Below are positions 1-10,765 of a DNA stretch of 64,000 nt, one piece after another; the first letter of the stretch is position 1, and every line of letters starts with the position of its first letter. The stretch comes from an uncultured delta proteobacterium (GTDB lineage Bacteria; Desulfobacterota; WTBG01; CAIYCZ01), in NCBI GenBank assembly GCA_963803975.1, contig CAWDOY010000003.1, forward strand, positions 112,446 through 176,445, read 5' to 3'. The translations under genes and the position numbers were made by a program. Under the pieces are notes generated by a model. That model saw nothing but the letters and a program-made list of their open reading frames with translations, had not been told where the DNA came from and did no database searches.

Positions 1-823
1 TTGCACCATCGTAAATCCCTCGTCTTCAAGAAGGCAGGTATTCACGCTGTCTGTGCCCTGCGGAAATACACCGTAGCTCAGTAATTTTCCAGGGCCGACA
101 CCAATGCTTAAATAATCAGCATAATAACCGCCGGGACTAAAAAGAAGGTTCATATCCGGAATGTAGCTGCCGGTGATGAAGGTCTTTATATCGGTGAGCA
201 GACGTGGTCATGGTGGCAATATCAGCAGCTGACGGGTGTCGCAGAATTCCCGCCTCCGATGAAGGTTGCTCCATGGGGCTGTTTGCCCGCCGAGGATTGC
301 GCAGATGGTGTGGGCTTTTCTCCTGGCGGTAAGGGCTGCAACGTAATTCCCGGTTAATGCGTTTGTGTCTGCTAAATTAGGCCTCCTGTCGCCTCCATAG
401 ATCGGCGCCCAGGGGCCCAGTTCAAGGTGCCAGCGCCAAGGACCGTGGAGGACGGCATATCAATATAGTCCTGCAGCATAGAGGTGTAGCAGTGCAGGAC
501 GTGGCTGTGCAGAAATTCAGCGCCGTGAATGAGGTTGTGTCATGAGCCTGCCCTTGGGCGTGGGCTGAACATTTGCAGCAACATCCATGGCATTTACCGC
601 TGCAATGGCATGGATAGTCGGGACAAACGCCGCACACCCGCTGGGTAATGAGCGGTGCATCAAGGGGTTCCTGGCCGACCATGAAATTTTCAAACCCTCG
701 ATACATGTTCCCTGCCATCTGTGCATCTGTTACCGCCCCATGGTAGTGTTGTCAATGGTCAGGATGACCTTCAAGATGTCCTTCAATCCTTGGTATTGGA
801 TCTATTATTGTTGTTACAGCCAT
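1..823 (-). pseudogene. [NiFe]-hydrogenase large subunit, N-terminal remnant with multiple frameshifts
   Basis: Minus-strand start at 823 (RBS aaaaggag) gives MAVTTIIDPIPRIEGH. Downstream frames contain the RxCGxC L1 motif (ITQRVCGVCP) and HAIAAVNAMD (~HALASVRAVD). Reading requires several frame changes within a few hundred nt. Confidence 0.5.
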
Positions 824-845
824 AGTGTGCTCCTTTTATAATAAG

Positions 846-1930
846 TCAATTGTTATGTTCTAATTGTTTTAATTCGGGAACGGTAATGTTATTTATTTGA
901 CGGTTAAAAGGAACTGCTGGAAACATCGGTTGTGAGCAGCCGATGCAGAGATGGTTAATGCCAGGGGCATTGCACCATTTTCCGTGTGCCGCCAGTTCCC
1001 GTGCTGTTCCATCCCCTTGTGGGGCAGTCCGCATAGGTTTCTGTGCCTCTGCAGCCGACTGCTCTTAAACATTTAACCGGGTCACCGACACTGAATCGGC
1101 AAAGTTGCCCGACGTCATGCTGCGGTTTTCTCGGGCATTGGCTGTGAACGGTATTTTGGAAAAGAGGTATCACTGTTGTTCCGATGGTGACGGTTGTCGG
1201 TCTTCTATAACTATCTCGTGGAGGCAGAATAGCAGCCAGTTGGTGCTAATAATATGTACAATTGACAGTACTATCCAGTCAGGATGTACCGGGCATCCGG
1301 GGATATAAGACGCTTCTTGCGACGGTAGTTTATAATTCGTATTCCAGCGTAGCCCACATAAGGTGCACTCCAGTATGGATTGGCGGTGATTGCTTCTGGG
1401 TACATTCTGGAACTGATTCCCCCCGATGGCATTTACTCCACCATAAGCAGGCGCAGGCACCCACATAGATTACAGCCTTTGCGCGCTGCTCCCACCGGTT
1501 AAAGGCATCAATCAACATTCATGACTCCAACTGCGCAGTAGTGCTGTCTTCTCCTACAATGGCATAGCCATTAAGATTGCTTAAAGCACCCGGTTAAGAC
1601 AAGAATATATGGTGTCGTTGGGTAATTATCAGTATACCGCCTTTGCCTGCATCAATGGCCATTTGCCCGGATGCCCCCATGAGAACGCTTTCGATATTTG
1701 AGTTCAATGTTATTCAGCAGGACACTTTCAATGCCGGCAGATACGCCATCAAAATAATTGGCAAGCGATACAACGCATCCTGAATCCCCAAGCCCTTCAA
1801 ACCATATGACCGGCGGTCTTCCTGAGCCAGCTAATGCCTCATTCAGTTTGAACATGTCAAACTGAGTTGCACCTACTGCTGCAGCTGAATAGGCAGCCAT
1901 CCGTAAAAAGTCTCGACGTGATATTTTCAT
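846..1930 (-). pseudogene. [NiFe]-hydrogenase small subunit (Tat signal), frameshifted
   Basis: ORF 1652..1930 has a Tat motif (SRRDFLR) and PPVIWFEGLGDSGC. ORF 1170..1466 has the IPGCPVHPDW motif. ORF 846..1034 has the CIGCS cluster motif. These lie in three different frames. Confidence 0.6.
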
Positions 1931-1969
1931 AATAAGTTCTCCCTATAAAAGGTTATTGTTACAAATCAT

Positions 1970-2962
1970 TTAGTTTTGATGGAATAGAGAGTATATCCAT
2001 CGCGGAGTTGCCCTGACCGGTTTATGTTCGGTTACAGTGCCGGCTGTATCAACGTCTTCAAGTTTGTATATGTATATAATGCCATTTCTTACATCATCAT
2101 CTACGTAGGTATATTCTGCTCCGGATGTTGCAGTGCCCTTTGCCGGAATCAGCGTGTCATTCAGTTTGGTCATCTCGGATGAACCAATGACACCGCGATA
2201 AATATTGAAGCCTGCCGTGTCTATCTCGCTCTCAGTCCTCCACATAAGTGTTACTTCACCATCTCCAGGGATTGCTGAAAAATTTGAAAGTTCAATTACC
2301 GTTGGTATTGCTGTAGTGGTAGTTGTTGAACCTGTAATAGTTGTTGTTGTGGTTGGTGGTGGAGTTCCCTCATAGATAACCCACACCACATTCTGGATCA
2401 AGCTGCAGTTGAGGACATTCGAGAACTGGACAGTGATAGTGCGTGTATCTTGATCATTCCAGGGTGATGTAATATTCCAATAGGGATAGCTGACGCCGCT
2501 CTGGACCGATTGTACTGGTGTAATTGCGGGAAAAAGCTCTGTTGAAGCAAAAGATGCAGGGTAAACATCCGCAGACCAGTCCATGATACCATGTATTGTT
2601 TGATGCTGTTGCCGTCTGGTCTGCATTAGAGAAAATGCTTGTCCCATCATAGGCCATTGTTGACCAGGCAGCTGATGGTTGTGAACAAAGATTATTTGAC
2701 CACAGAAAAAGATTAACTAAGCGGGGGTTTGTGAGTGTGTCGCCAGAAATATTTTTCAGTTCATAAGTCTTGGTTAAAGTATTTGATACAGGGTCATAAG
2801 AATAGGTCATATTTTGGAGTTGGATCGCAGTACTTAAGGGATCTGGTGCTGCTAAGTAGGTTAAGCTGCTTGGACGTGGGCAGGGTTGGCTGTCATTGCC
2901 GCTATGGCTATGAGCAGGGCAATGGCAATACTGTTTAGTGATGAACTACACCTTCGTTTCAT
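1970..2962 (-). pseudogene. secreted protein with Thr-rich linker and C-terminal beta-sandwich-like domain; frameshifted
   Basis: Signal peptide MKRRCSSSLNSIAIALLIAIAAMTANPAHVQAA at 2962 runs into a stop. The gene resumes in ORFs 2454..2810 and 1970..2650, with a PPPTTTTTITGSTTTTTAIP linker. Confidence 0.4.
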
Positions 2963-3374
2963 AGTTAATCTCCTTTTGCTATTGTTTTTTGCCAGCACTA
3001 TCGGTTTTTAGAACACGACATTGTTACCTCCTTATATTTATTTTTACGACTATCTTATAATTTTTTATGTTACTGAACAGGCACCGCGTACTGCATTTAC
3101 TTTCATTGCAAACAGTATTTAACCATCATAATAGTAGACATTATGGGTAATCAATTTTTAAAAATTAATTACTATGTTTATTTTTAGATGCGTTGCTGGG
3201 AAGGTAGGTGTTTTTTCTGTTGCTGTAATTCGTTTTATGTAATTAAGTATCTTCTTTAAAAATCAAAATGTCAAGAGGATAATGACTGTATTCGAAAAAA
3301 AATAAAATTAACAATAATGCCATAAAAATTAAAATAGCATAAAATAGAAAATATATTAATTAATTATTTGAGCA

Positions 3375-3866
3375 TTATTTTTTATCTGTAATTATTATTG
3401 CTTTTTTTATCAATTCTTTAACAATTAACGCTATTAGTTTAGGGACCTTATCCTTTAAGCAATCACTGAGTTCCATGCCCCATGAGCTCATGTCCTCTGG
3501 TTCTATGCCAAAGAATATAATTTCAGGATTAATACCCAGCATCTTCCACTGATCAAGTGCCTCAAGAAACCCTATATCATGCACGGACATGGCCAGAGGA
3601 GTTGCAAAGTTGATATCATTGCGCGTGAAGCGATAGATAGTGCCGGGTTCACTGCCGGCTTTAACTGCATCGACAACGATTATAGTTTTACAATCCTCTA
3701 TTTCATTTATAAGCGCAAAACCCAGAGTGCCTCCGTCAACTATTTTAACCGGGGGAGAGAAAGTATATTGCTGCTGCAGCGCTTCAATAACTCTTACGCC
3801 TACGCCTTCATCGCGGAGTAAAATATTACCTAAACCTATTATAGCGATACTGCTGTCGTGTTTCAT
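3375..3866 (-). CDS. hydrogenase maturation protease (HyaD/HybD/HycI family)
   Basis: IAIIGLGNILLRDEGVGVRV motif, 163 aa; adjacent to the hydrogenase remnants. Confidence 0.8.
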   Translation of the reverse strand: MKHDSSIAIIGLGNILLRDEGVGVRVIEALQQQYTFSPPVKIVDGGTLGFALINEIEDCKTIIVVDAVKAGSEPGTIYRFTRNDINFATPLAMSVHDIGFLEALDQWKMLGINPEIIFFGIEPEDMSSWGMELSDCLKDKVPKLIALIVKELIKKAIIITDKK

Positions 3867-3963
3867 ATTTTATATTAATATGATACATAATAAGTACTTG
3901 TCAATGAGATAGGTCTAAAAAAGTAAACTGACAAAATAAAAAATTGCCCTGGAGTATCCAAAT

Positions 3964-4740
3964 ATGAAGGACAACATTAAATTAGCAGTTACCGGCAAGG
4001 GCGGGGTTGGTAAAACAACCATCTCAGCATTGTTGTGCAAAGCCTTAAGCGAGAGGGGGTACACGGTGCTGGCGGTAGATGGTGATCCCAGCGCCAATCT
4101 GGCATCAGCCCTTGGCTTCCCGGAGGATATGGTCATTACCCCGCTGGTGGAAATGAAGGAGCTTATCGAGGAGAGAATCGGGGCCGCGCCCGGCAGCATG
4201 GGCGGGATGTTAAAGTTAAACCCGAAGGTGGATGATCTTCCGGAAAAACTATGGAAAGAAAAAGATGGCATAAAGCTCATGGTGATGGGAACGGTAAAGA
4301 AAGGCGGCGGCGGATGCATGTGCCCTGAGAATATCATACTGAAATCGATGATTCAGAATTTGCTTCTGCAGCGCAATGAAGCCGTGATACTGGACATGGA
4401 GGCAGGGGTGGAGCACCTGGGCAGGGCTACTGCGCAGGCAGTTGATCAGCTTATTGTTGTTGTTGAGCCGGGCAGGAGAAGTATTGATACGGCATTTAAA
4501 ATCAGAGAGCTTGCGGAAGATATACGGCTCAACAAAATATCTGTTATAGTTAACAAAGTCAGGGATGATGCAGATATTGATTTCGTACAAAAAAATTGTG
4601 CAGGTCTCTCCGTGCTTGGGTACCTGCAGTTTGACCAGGGAATTGTGCGGTCTGACATGGAGCGGGTGCCGCCCTGGGAATTGAGCCTTCAATCACTTGC
4701 AGCAATGCGGGAGATAGCCGGGAAACTAATCGGGAGCTGA
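3964..4740 (+). CDS. CooC/MinD-family P-loop ATPase (nickel-insertion accessory type)
   Basis: AVTGKGGVGKTT Walker A and VDGDPSANL; CooC-like rather than NifH-like. Confidence 0.65.
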   Translation: MKDNIKLAVTGKGGVGKTTISALLCKALSERGYTVLAVDGDPSANLASALGFPEDMVITPLVEMKELIEERIGAAPGSMGGMLKLNPKVDDLPEKLWKEKDGIKLMVMGTVKKGGGGCMCPENIILKSMIQNLLLQRNEAVILDMEAGVEHLGRATAQAVDQLIVVVEPGRRSIDTAFKIRELAEDIRLNKISVIVNKVRDDADIDFVQKNCAGLSVLGYLQFDQGIVRSDMERVPPWELSLQSLAAMREIAGKLIGS

Positions 4741-4770
4741 ATTGCTCCTTGAGCTGAAGGATATATTACC

Positions 4771-5701
4771 GTGAAAACCGTTATTATCGGCCCGGGAGCC
4801 ATGGGCTGTCTGTATGCATTTCTGCTCACCAGAGCAGGTTATGAAGCGTGGCTGCTGGATAACAGCGAAGACCGCGCTGAACGGATACGGGCTCAGGGGT
4901 TGAAGATTGAGGGGGTGAGCGGAGCGTATCAGCTGCCGTTCCCGAGAATAAGCGCTTCCCCGGACGTAATCGGTAAGGCAGACCTGCTGATTCTTTTTGT
5001 TAAAGCCTATAGCACGGCAACAGCCCTTGAAAGCGCGCGGGAGCTGGTTACTGCCAATACCATGATTCTAACGCTGCAGAACGGTATCGGCAATGTGGAA
5101 TCCATACGGGACGCGTATCCACAGAATCCAATTGTTGCCGGCACTACCGCACAGGGGGCCACGCTGCTTGGCAGCGGGCACATACGGCATGCAGGCATGG
5201 GTGAGACCATCATCGGCGGAATTGATGCGAACAGCACGTTTCACGCAAAGCTGATCAAAGATCTGTTTATGAGTGCGTATATCCCAACTGAAATGACTGA
5301 GGATGTTCACGGGAGTTTTGTGGGGAAAGCTGCTGGTCAACTGCGGCATCAATCCCCTCACGGCAATCATGAGGGTACCTAATGGGCAGCTGCCAAAAAT
5401 TCCCGACCTTTGTGAAGTAATGAGCAGGGTTGTTGAGGAAGGCGCGGCCATTGCACAAAGCGCCGGTATAACGCTGCCCTACAGTGACCCGGTGGCAAAG
5501 GTCATGGAGGTTTGTGCGGCAACAGCCGGTAACCGCTCTTCAATGCTGCAGGACATCGAAGCAGGGAAAAAGACCGAGATTAATTATCTGAATGGTGCGC
5601 TTGTCAGATACGGTACAGAAACGGGAGTTGCAGCGCCGGTTAACAGTTTTCTTACTCACCTGGTACAGGCATTGGAAACGGGCAGCAGTGCGGTGCACTG
5701 A
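4771..5701 (+). CDS. panE: 2-dehydropantoate 2-reductase (ketopantoate reductase), split by one frameshift near 5320
   Basis: N-terminal VIIGPGAMGCLYAFLL and second ORF GKLLVNCGINPLTAI...NYLNGALVRYG; the two ORFs overlap 5303-5382. Confidence 0.7.
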
Positions 5702-5731
5702 ACACGGTATAAACCCGTTACGCAGCGCTCA

Positions 5732-6601
5732 TTACTTGGCACTTTTCTTCAGCTCCTGCTCAACCTGCTGCGACAGAGCATCGATAGAGCGCCCTCTAAA
5801 AGCCCTGCCATTAATAAAAACTGACGGGACACCTCTAATGCCCAGTTTCTTGCCGAGGTTCAGATCTTCAGCAATGATTGTTTTCAAGGCGTTATCCTCA
5901 CGCTCTTTATCAAAGGCTTCCATGTTGATGCCGGTCTGCTGCGCGTACTCTTTGATGGTCTGATCATTTAAATTTTTAAAATTCTTGAAATAGAGGCTGC
6001 TTAGCTCACGGTATTTATTCTGTTTTGCCGCGGCAAGGGCTGCCATAGCTGCTTTTTCTGCAAACGGGTGCATGCGCAAGGGGAAATGCTTGATAACAAG
6101 ACACACTTTTTGGGGATATTTATCCAGGAGTTGTTCTATCACCGGATATATTGATGTGCAGTAGGGGCACTGGAAGTCAAGAAAGGCAACTATACGAACC
6201 GGAGCATTTTTATCGCCAATAACCGGTGACCGGCCTATCTCGATATCATAGACTGTTGAAATTTTTATAATGGAAACTTTTTTCCCGTCAGTGCTGGCAA
6301 GAAACAGCGACTCTCCATCGGGGGCAACGGACATATGGGAATAATCATCGGTTACAGCAATCTTGTCGGTAATTTCATTGCGCTCAATTGAGTAAACATA
6401 AATACATTTATTGCCCAGTATATATGCCTTGGTTCCATCAGGGGAATTGGCAATATCTAAGGGCTTTTCTTCAAGGTTCAGTGTTTTAATCACTTCCGTC
6501 TCAATGGCGGCATGGGCAATTCCGGCCTTAGAACATATTACACATACCATAGCAGAGACAAGAACTGCCAGGACTGAAGCACTAATTCTCATTCGTTTCA
6601 T
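5732..6601 (-). CDS. DsbA-family thiol:disulfide oxidoreductase with signal peptide and N-terminal beta-propeller-like repeats
   Basis: Signal peptide; YVTN-like blades (SPDGTKAYIL, VAPDGESLFLAS); thioredoxin fold with CPYC. Confidence 0.65.
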   Translation of the reverse strand: MKRMRISASVLAVLVSAMVCVICSKAGIAHAAIETEVIKTLNLEEKPLDIANSPDGTKAYILGNKCIYVYSIERNEITDKIAVTDDYSHMSVAPDGESLFLASTDGKKVSIIKISTVYDIEIGRSPVIGDKNAPVRIVAFLDFQCPYCTSIYPVIEQLLDKYPQKVCLVIKHFPLRMHPFAEKAAMAALAAAKQNKYRELSSLYFKNFKNLNDQTIKEYAQQTGINMEAFDKEREDNALKTIIAEDLNLGKKLGIRGVPSVFINGRAFRGRSIDALSQQVEQELKKSAK

Positions 6602-6918
6602 AGAACCCCCTTTAGCACGAGTGCGTTGTATAGAGATACTGTCTTATAATTTAATGACTCACCAGTTTGTATAATAAATTATTATTTTTTACAATAGAAA
6701 TCTGAACAGGACGCGCTCTCATAATAACAGCTATATAAATTTCGGGGAAAGTCCTGAAATCTGAACGGTTGCAGACTTATTTTTATTGACATTTAAGCAT
6801 GCCTTCCCTTATAAATAAATGTTTACAGTATATATTAGTTCAATGCCCATCATCAGTTACTGGCTGATCATTTTCCATAATCACGGTAAAAATTAACCAC
6901 TGGAGAAGGAAAACAGGC

Positions 6919-9006
6919 ATGAAAAAATATGAATCCAAGGACATACGCAATGTTGCTCTCGTTGGCCACGGCAAATCAGGAAAAACCTCGTTAGCAGAAA
7001 CCTTCCTCTATAACGGAAAAGCCACCGATCGTCTCGGCAGGGTTGATAACGGCGACTCGGTACTGGACTTTGACCCGGAAGAAAAAGCACGACAATTGAC
7101 TATTAACAGCGCTTTTCATCACGTTAACTGGAAAAAGTGCATGGTTAATATAATTGATACGCCAGGGGATGCAAACTTTATTGCAGATACACACAACAGC
7201 CTTCAAGCGGCTGATGGTTCGATACTTGTTATTGAAGCAACCTCGGGCGTTCAGGTGATAACTGAAAAGGTATGGCAATACCTGAATGAGTTTAAGTTGC
7301 CGCGCCTGATTGTGATTAATAAACTCGACAGGGAAAATTCAGATTTTTACGCGACCCTGGATAACATCAAAAACAAACTCAAAATAAACCCGCTGGCACT
7401 GCAAATCCCTATCGGCAGGGAAGCCGATTTTAAAGGTGTTGTTGACCTGGTTAAAATGAAAGGTTTTGTTTTTGCTGATGATGAGTCGGGAGATTTTAAA
7501 GAAAGCGAGATTCCCGATGACTGCAGGGAGCAGGCTGCTGCCCAGCGCCAGAAAATGATTGAAGATGTTGCTGAAGCACATGAAGAACTGCTGGAAAAAT
7601 TTTTAGACGGACAGGAACTCTCGCCGGAGGAAATAAGCACCGGCATCAAAAAGGGCATTTTAAATCAGACCCTCATTCCCGTACTGTGCGGATCAGCGCT
7701 GAGCAATATAGGCATTAAGACCATAATGGATGCAGTGGTAGAATATCTGCCATCTCCCCTGGATAGAGGAGCGTTAGAAGTTTTAGATCTCAAGACAAAA
7801 GAAAAAAAGAAGCTGGAGCCGAAAGAAGCCGCCCCCCTTGCTGCTTTTGTATTTAAAACCATTGCTGATCCATACGCAGGAAAGCTCACTATCTTCAGAG
7901 TTTTCGCGGGGACCCTGAATGCTGACAGCACGGTGTTCAATGCAACCAAAAAGGTTAAGGAAAAGATAGGGCAGATTCTGCTGCTGGAAGGGAAGGGGCA
8001 GAAGCCGACGGAAAGCGCTATTACCGGAGATATTGTGGCCCTGGCAAAACTCAGGGAGACAACCACCGGTGACACGTTCTGTGATGAAAAGAATGAACTG
8101 TCTTTCGATAAGATAAAATTTCCCAGCCCGGTCATTTCATATTCACTTGCTCCTAAAAGCCGCGGTGACGAAGATAAAATGAGCAATGCGCTCGCCCGGC
8201 TTATAGAAGAAGACCCTTCGCTCACCATTCAACGGGAAGAACAGACCCATGAATTTATCCTCTCCGGCATGGGGCAGATACATCTGGATGCCACGATTGA
8301 AAAATTAAAAAGAAAATTCGGCGTTGAAGTGGAAACCGACATCCCGAAAATTCCCTACAAGGAGACGATCAAAGGAAAAACCAGAATACAGGGCAAGTAT
8401 AAAAAGCAGTCCGGCGGGCGGGGCCAGTATGGCGATGCCTGGCTTGAAATCGAGCCGCTGCCCCACGGTGCCGGTTTCGAATTTGCTGATAAGATAGTGG
8501 GCGGGTCCATACCAAGAAATTATATACCATCTGTTGAGAAGGGCGTTGCTGAGTCGATGCATGAGGGCGTGCTGGCAGGATATCCGGTTGTTGACATTAA
8601 AGTTTCAGTTGTTGACGGGTCCTACCATGAAGTTGATTCATCTGATATGGCTTTTAAAATAGCTGCCTCCATGGGGTTTAAGAAGGGCTTTATGGAATGC
8701 CATCCCATTCTGCTTGAGCCGGTTATGAATGTTGAAGTTACCGTTCCGGAGGAAATGACCGGTGATATTATCGGCGACATGAACAGCAGAAGGGGACGGG
8801 TGCTTGGCATGGACCAGGGCGTGGGCGGCCAGGTGGTCAAGGCAACAGCGCCGCTGGCTGAAATGCTCCGCTATGCGTCTGACCTCACTTCGATCACCAG
8901 CGGCAGGGGAATGTTCACCATGGAATTTGATCATTACGATGAAGTTCCGGCGCATTTGAGTGAAAAAATAATTGCTGCAGCAAAAACCGAAAAAACGGAA
9001 AAATAA
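6919..9006 (+). CDS. elongation factor G-like GTPase (EF-G paralog)
   Basis: VALVGHGKSGKTSL and DTPGDANF G-motifs; 695 aa with EF-G domain order. Confidence 0.85.
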   Translation: MKKYESKDIRNVALVGHGKSGKTSLAETFLYNGKATDRLGRVDNGDSVLDFDPEEKARQLTINSAFHHVNWKKCMVNIIDTPGDANFIADTHNSLQAADGSILVIEATSGVQVITEKVWQYLNEFKLPRLIVINKLDRENSDFYATLDNIKNKLKINPLALQIPIGREADFKGVVDLVKMKGFVFADDESGDFKESEIPDDCREQAAAQRQKMIEDVAEAHEELLEKFLDGQELSPEEISTGIKKGILNQTLIPVLCGSALSNIGIKTIMDAVVEYLPSPLDRGALEVLDLKTKEKKKLEPKEAAPLAAFVFKTIADPYAGKLTIFRVFAGTLNADSTVFNATKKVKEKIGQILLLEGKGQKPTESAITGDIVALAKLRETTTGDTFCDEKNELSFDKIKFPSPVISYSLAPKSRGDEDKMSNALARLIEEDPSLTIQREEQTHEFILSGMGQIHLDATIEKLKRKFGVEVETDIPKIPYKETIKGKTRIQGKYKKQSGGRGQYGDAWLEIEPLPHGAGFEFADKIVGGSIPRNYIPSVEKGVAESMHEGVLAGYPVVDIKVSVVDGSYHEVDSSDMAFKIAASMGFKKGFMECHPILLEPVMNVEVTVPEEMTGDIIGDMNSRRGRVLGMDQGVGGQVVKATAPLAEMLRYASDLTSITSGRGMFTMEFDHYDEVPAHLSEKIIAAAKTEKTEK

Positions 9007-9023
9007 AATTTATAGCATTCTCT

Positions 9024-9533
9024 ATGGATAACGAAAACGTTGTTGACGAATCGCAGTTTCCCAAGGAACTGATTGAGGAAAAGGAAGAACCGAAGGGGGC
9101 GCCGCCGGAGCAGAAGATATCCGAGTCACTCTATGGCAAAATCATGATGATGTCGGTAAGCGAAAAAATCAAACTGGCCACCATCGGCAACAGGGAAGCA
9201 CGCAATATTTTAATAAAGGAATCCAACAGAATTGTTCTGAGCGCAGTTATTAACAGTCCGAAGATGACTGAGGATGATGCACTCATGTATGCATCAAACC
9301 GGAGCCTGTCAGACGAAGTAATCAAGCTCATAACCCTGAAAAAAGAGTTTCTGCAGAATTATAGAATTAAACTTGCCCTGGTGACTAATCCCAAAACACC
9401 TCCAACCATTTCCCTCAAACTGCTGAGCCACGTTATGGAAAAAGACCTGCGCAGTTTGTCAAAAGACAAAAACGTTAACCCGCTAATTTCGCGTCAGGCC
9501 ATGCGCGTGCTATCCAAACAGGGTAAGATATAA
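9024..9533 (+). CDS. hypothetical protein
   Basis: 169-aa ORF directly downstream of the EF-G paralog; no family recognised. Confidence 0.4.
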   Translation: MDNENVVDESQFPKELIEEKEEPKGAPPEQKISESLYGKIMMMSVSEKIKLATIGNREARNILIKESNRIVLSAVINSPKMTEDDALMYASNRSLSDEVIKLITLKKEFLQNYRIKLALVTNPKTPPTISLKLLSHVMEKDLRSLSKDKNVNPLISRQAMRVLSKQGKI

Positions 9534-9558
9534 AACCACGGGGATTTTTAAAGATAGT

Positions 9559-10044
9559 ATGAAGGCAGGTATTTTAACTATCAGCGATAAAGGCGCGCGT
9601 CAGGAACGCGTCGATACCAGCGGCCCTGCCGTGGCTGCAGTGCTCGCGGAAATCGGCGCCACGATAGAAAAATATGAAATTATACCTGATGAGAAGGAAG
9701 TCATTGCGCGAAAGCTGGTCGAATACGCTGATACCCTGAGCCTTGATTTAGTGGTGACCACCGGCGGAACCGGTGTGGCGCCGCGGGATGTTACGCCGGA
9801 TGCAACAAAGATGGTTATTGAAAAGGAAGTTCCCGGCATGGCGGAAGCCATGAGAATGGAAAGCTTAAAGAAGACGCCTCATGCGGTTATATCACGGGCC
9901 CTCGCAGGAATACGGGGCAGGACGCTCATTATAAATCTCCCCGGAAGCCCCCGGGGAGCCACTGAAAATCTCCGCACAATCCTCAGCGCAATCCCCCACG
10001 CAGTATCAAAAATACAGGGGGACCCCAGCGAGTGTGCAACGTAG
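9559..10044 (+). CDS. molybdenum cofactor biosynthesis protein MogA/MoaB family
   Basis: GILTISDKGA...VVTTGGTGVAPRDVTPDAT motif. Confidence 0.8.
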   Translation: MKAGILTISDKGARQERVDTSGPAVAAVLAEIGATIEKYEIIPDEKEVIARKLVEYADTLSLDLVVTTGGTGVAPRDVTPDATKMVIEKEVPGMAEAMRMESLKKTPHAVISRALAGIRGRTLIINLPGSPRGATENLRTILSAIPHAVSKIQGDPSECAT

Positions 10045-10098
10045 CACCCCTGTTCACAGTCTCTCTGGAAACCCTTACTGACAGCGCTTATGAAATAT

Positions 10099-10130
10099 TG
10101 ACAAAGGCAGGGCCATTGCTGACCCTGCCT
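10099..10130. terminator. weak hairpin between convergent genes
   Basis: ggcaggg-N10-ccctgcc followed by a T-rich tract. Confidence 0.3.
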
Positions 10131-10153
10131 TACATTTCATTCACCTTGAAGGG

Positions 10154-10765
10154 CTATAAAGCCTTTTTAATTCCAGGTATTAATGTTTTAATCCTCTGTT
10201 TTAGTTTTGCTTTTAACTCAGGCTTATCTTCAATCAATTTTATTAGTATTGGTGAATACTCATAATAAAGTACAACCAACCTTTCCCCTTTCTCTGTTTT
10301 CAAAAGTATTTTATCTCTAAATTCCCTAAGTACATTTAAACATTCATCATCATCTTGCAATATTGTTTCTGCTACACAAGCAGGCCCGCCGCCACCGCCT
10401 GTAGAACACTTGCCTACATTTGCACCAGTTCCGCATACCGGATAATCAGATGGGCAGCAATACCCGTTCCCGCAGTCTATCGGATAATCAGCAGGGCATC
10501 CGCCGCCGCCACCGCCACCGTCTTTACCACACTTGCCTACATTTTCACCAGTTCCGCATACCGGATAATCAGATGGGCAGCAATACCCGTTCCCGCAGTC
10601 TATCGGATAATCAGCAGGGCATCCTGCGGCAGTTGACATTGACTGCTCGGGGATTATGAAACCATCAATTCCACCGTCCTTTATAAACGCATTAATTAAC
10701 TCTCCTGAATTATTATCTGTTGCATAAGCCGGACAATTAAAAAGAATTAAACAACACAACAACAC
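10154..10765 (-). CDS. secreted Cys-rich protein with two tandem CPADYPIDCGNGYCCPSDYPVCGTG modules and a conserved C-terminal domain
   Basis: Signal peptide; two near-identical Cys modules separated by a poly-Gly tract; C-terminal LNVLREFRDKILLKTEKGERLVVLYYEYSP is shared with the 14700..15248 protein. Confidence 0.6.
   Translation of the reverse strand: MLLCCLILFNCPAYATDNNSGELINAFIKDGGIDGFIIPEQSMSTAAGCPADYPIDCGNGYCCPSDYPVCGTGENVGKCGKDGGGGGGGCPADYPIDCGNGYCCPSDYPVCGTGANVGKCSTGGGGGPACVAETILQDDDECLNVLREFRDKILLKTEKGERLVVLYYEYSPILIKLIEDKPELKAKLKQRIKTLIPGIKKAL
10397..10638. repeat. near-perfect ~105-bp direct repeat at 121-bp period (two copies), inside the Cys-rich module coding region
   Basis: acacttgcctacatt[t/g]tcaccagttccgcataccggataatcagatgggcagcaatacccgttcccgcagtctatcggataatcagcagggcatcc occurs at ~10397 and ~10518. 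Confidence 0.8.

Noticed and set aside
422-718. Cys/His-rich 98-aa ORF (CHCSGKCHGCCCKCSAH) resembling a metallothionein-like peptide
   Set aside because: It is an out-of-frame read-through of the decayed [NiFe]-hydrogenase large-subunit remnant. It begins with the genuine RxCGxC motif, then runs into shifted-frame sequence.
3964-4740. Possible NifH-like Fe-protein for the nitrogenase-like cluster
   Set aside because: Its Walker A and DGDP signature are CooC/MinD-type. It lacks the NifH cluster-ligating Cys context and lies 40 kb away next to hydrogenase remnants.
10355-10659. Two plus-strand ORFs with internally repeated peptide sequence
   Set aside because: They are antisense to the tandemly duplicated Cys-module region of gene 10154..10765 and have no independent support.
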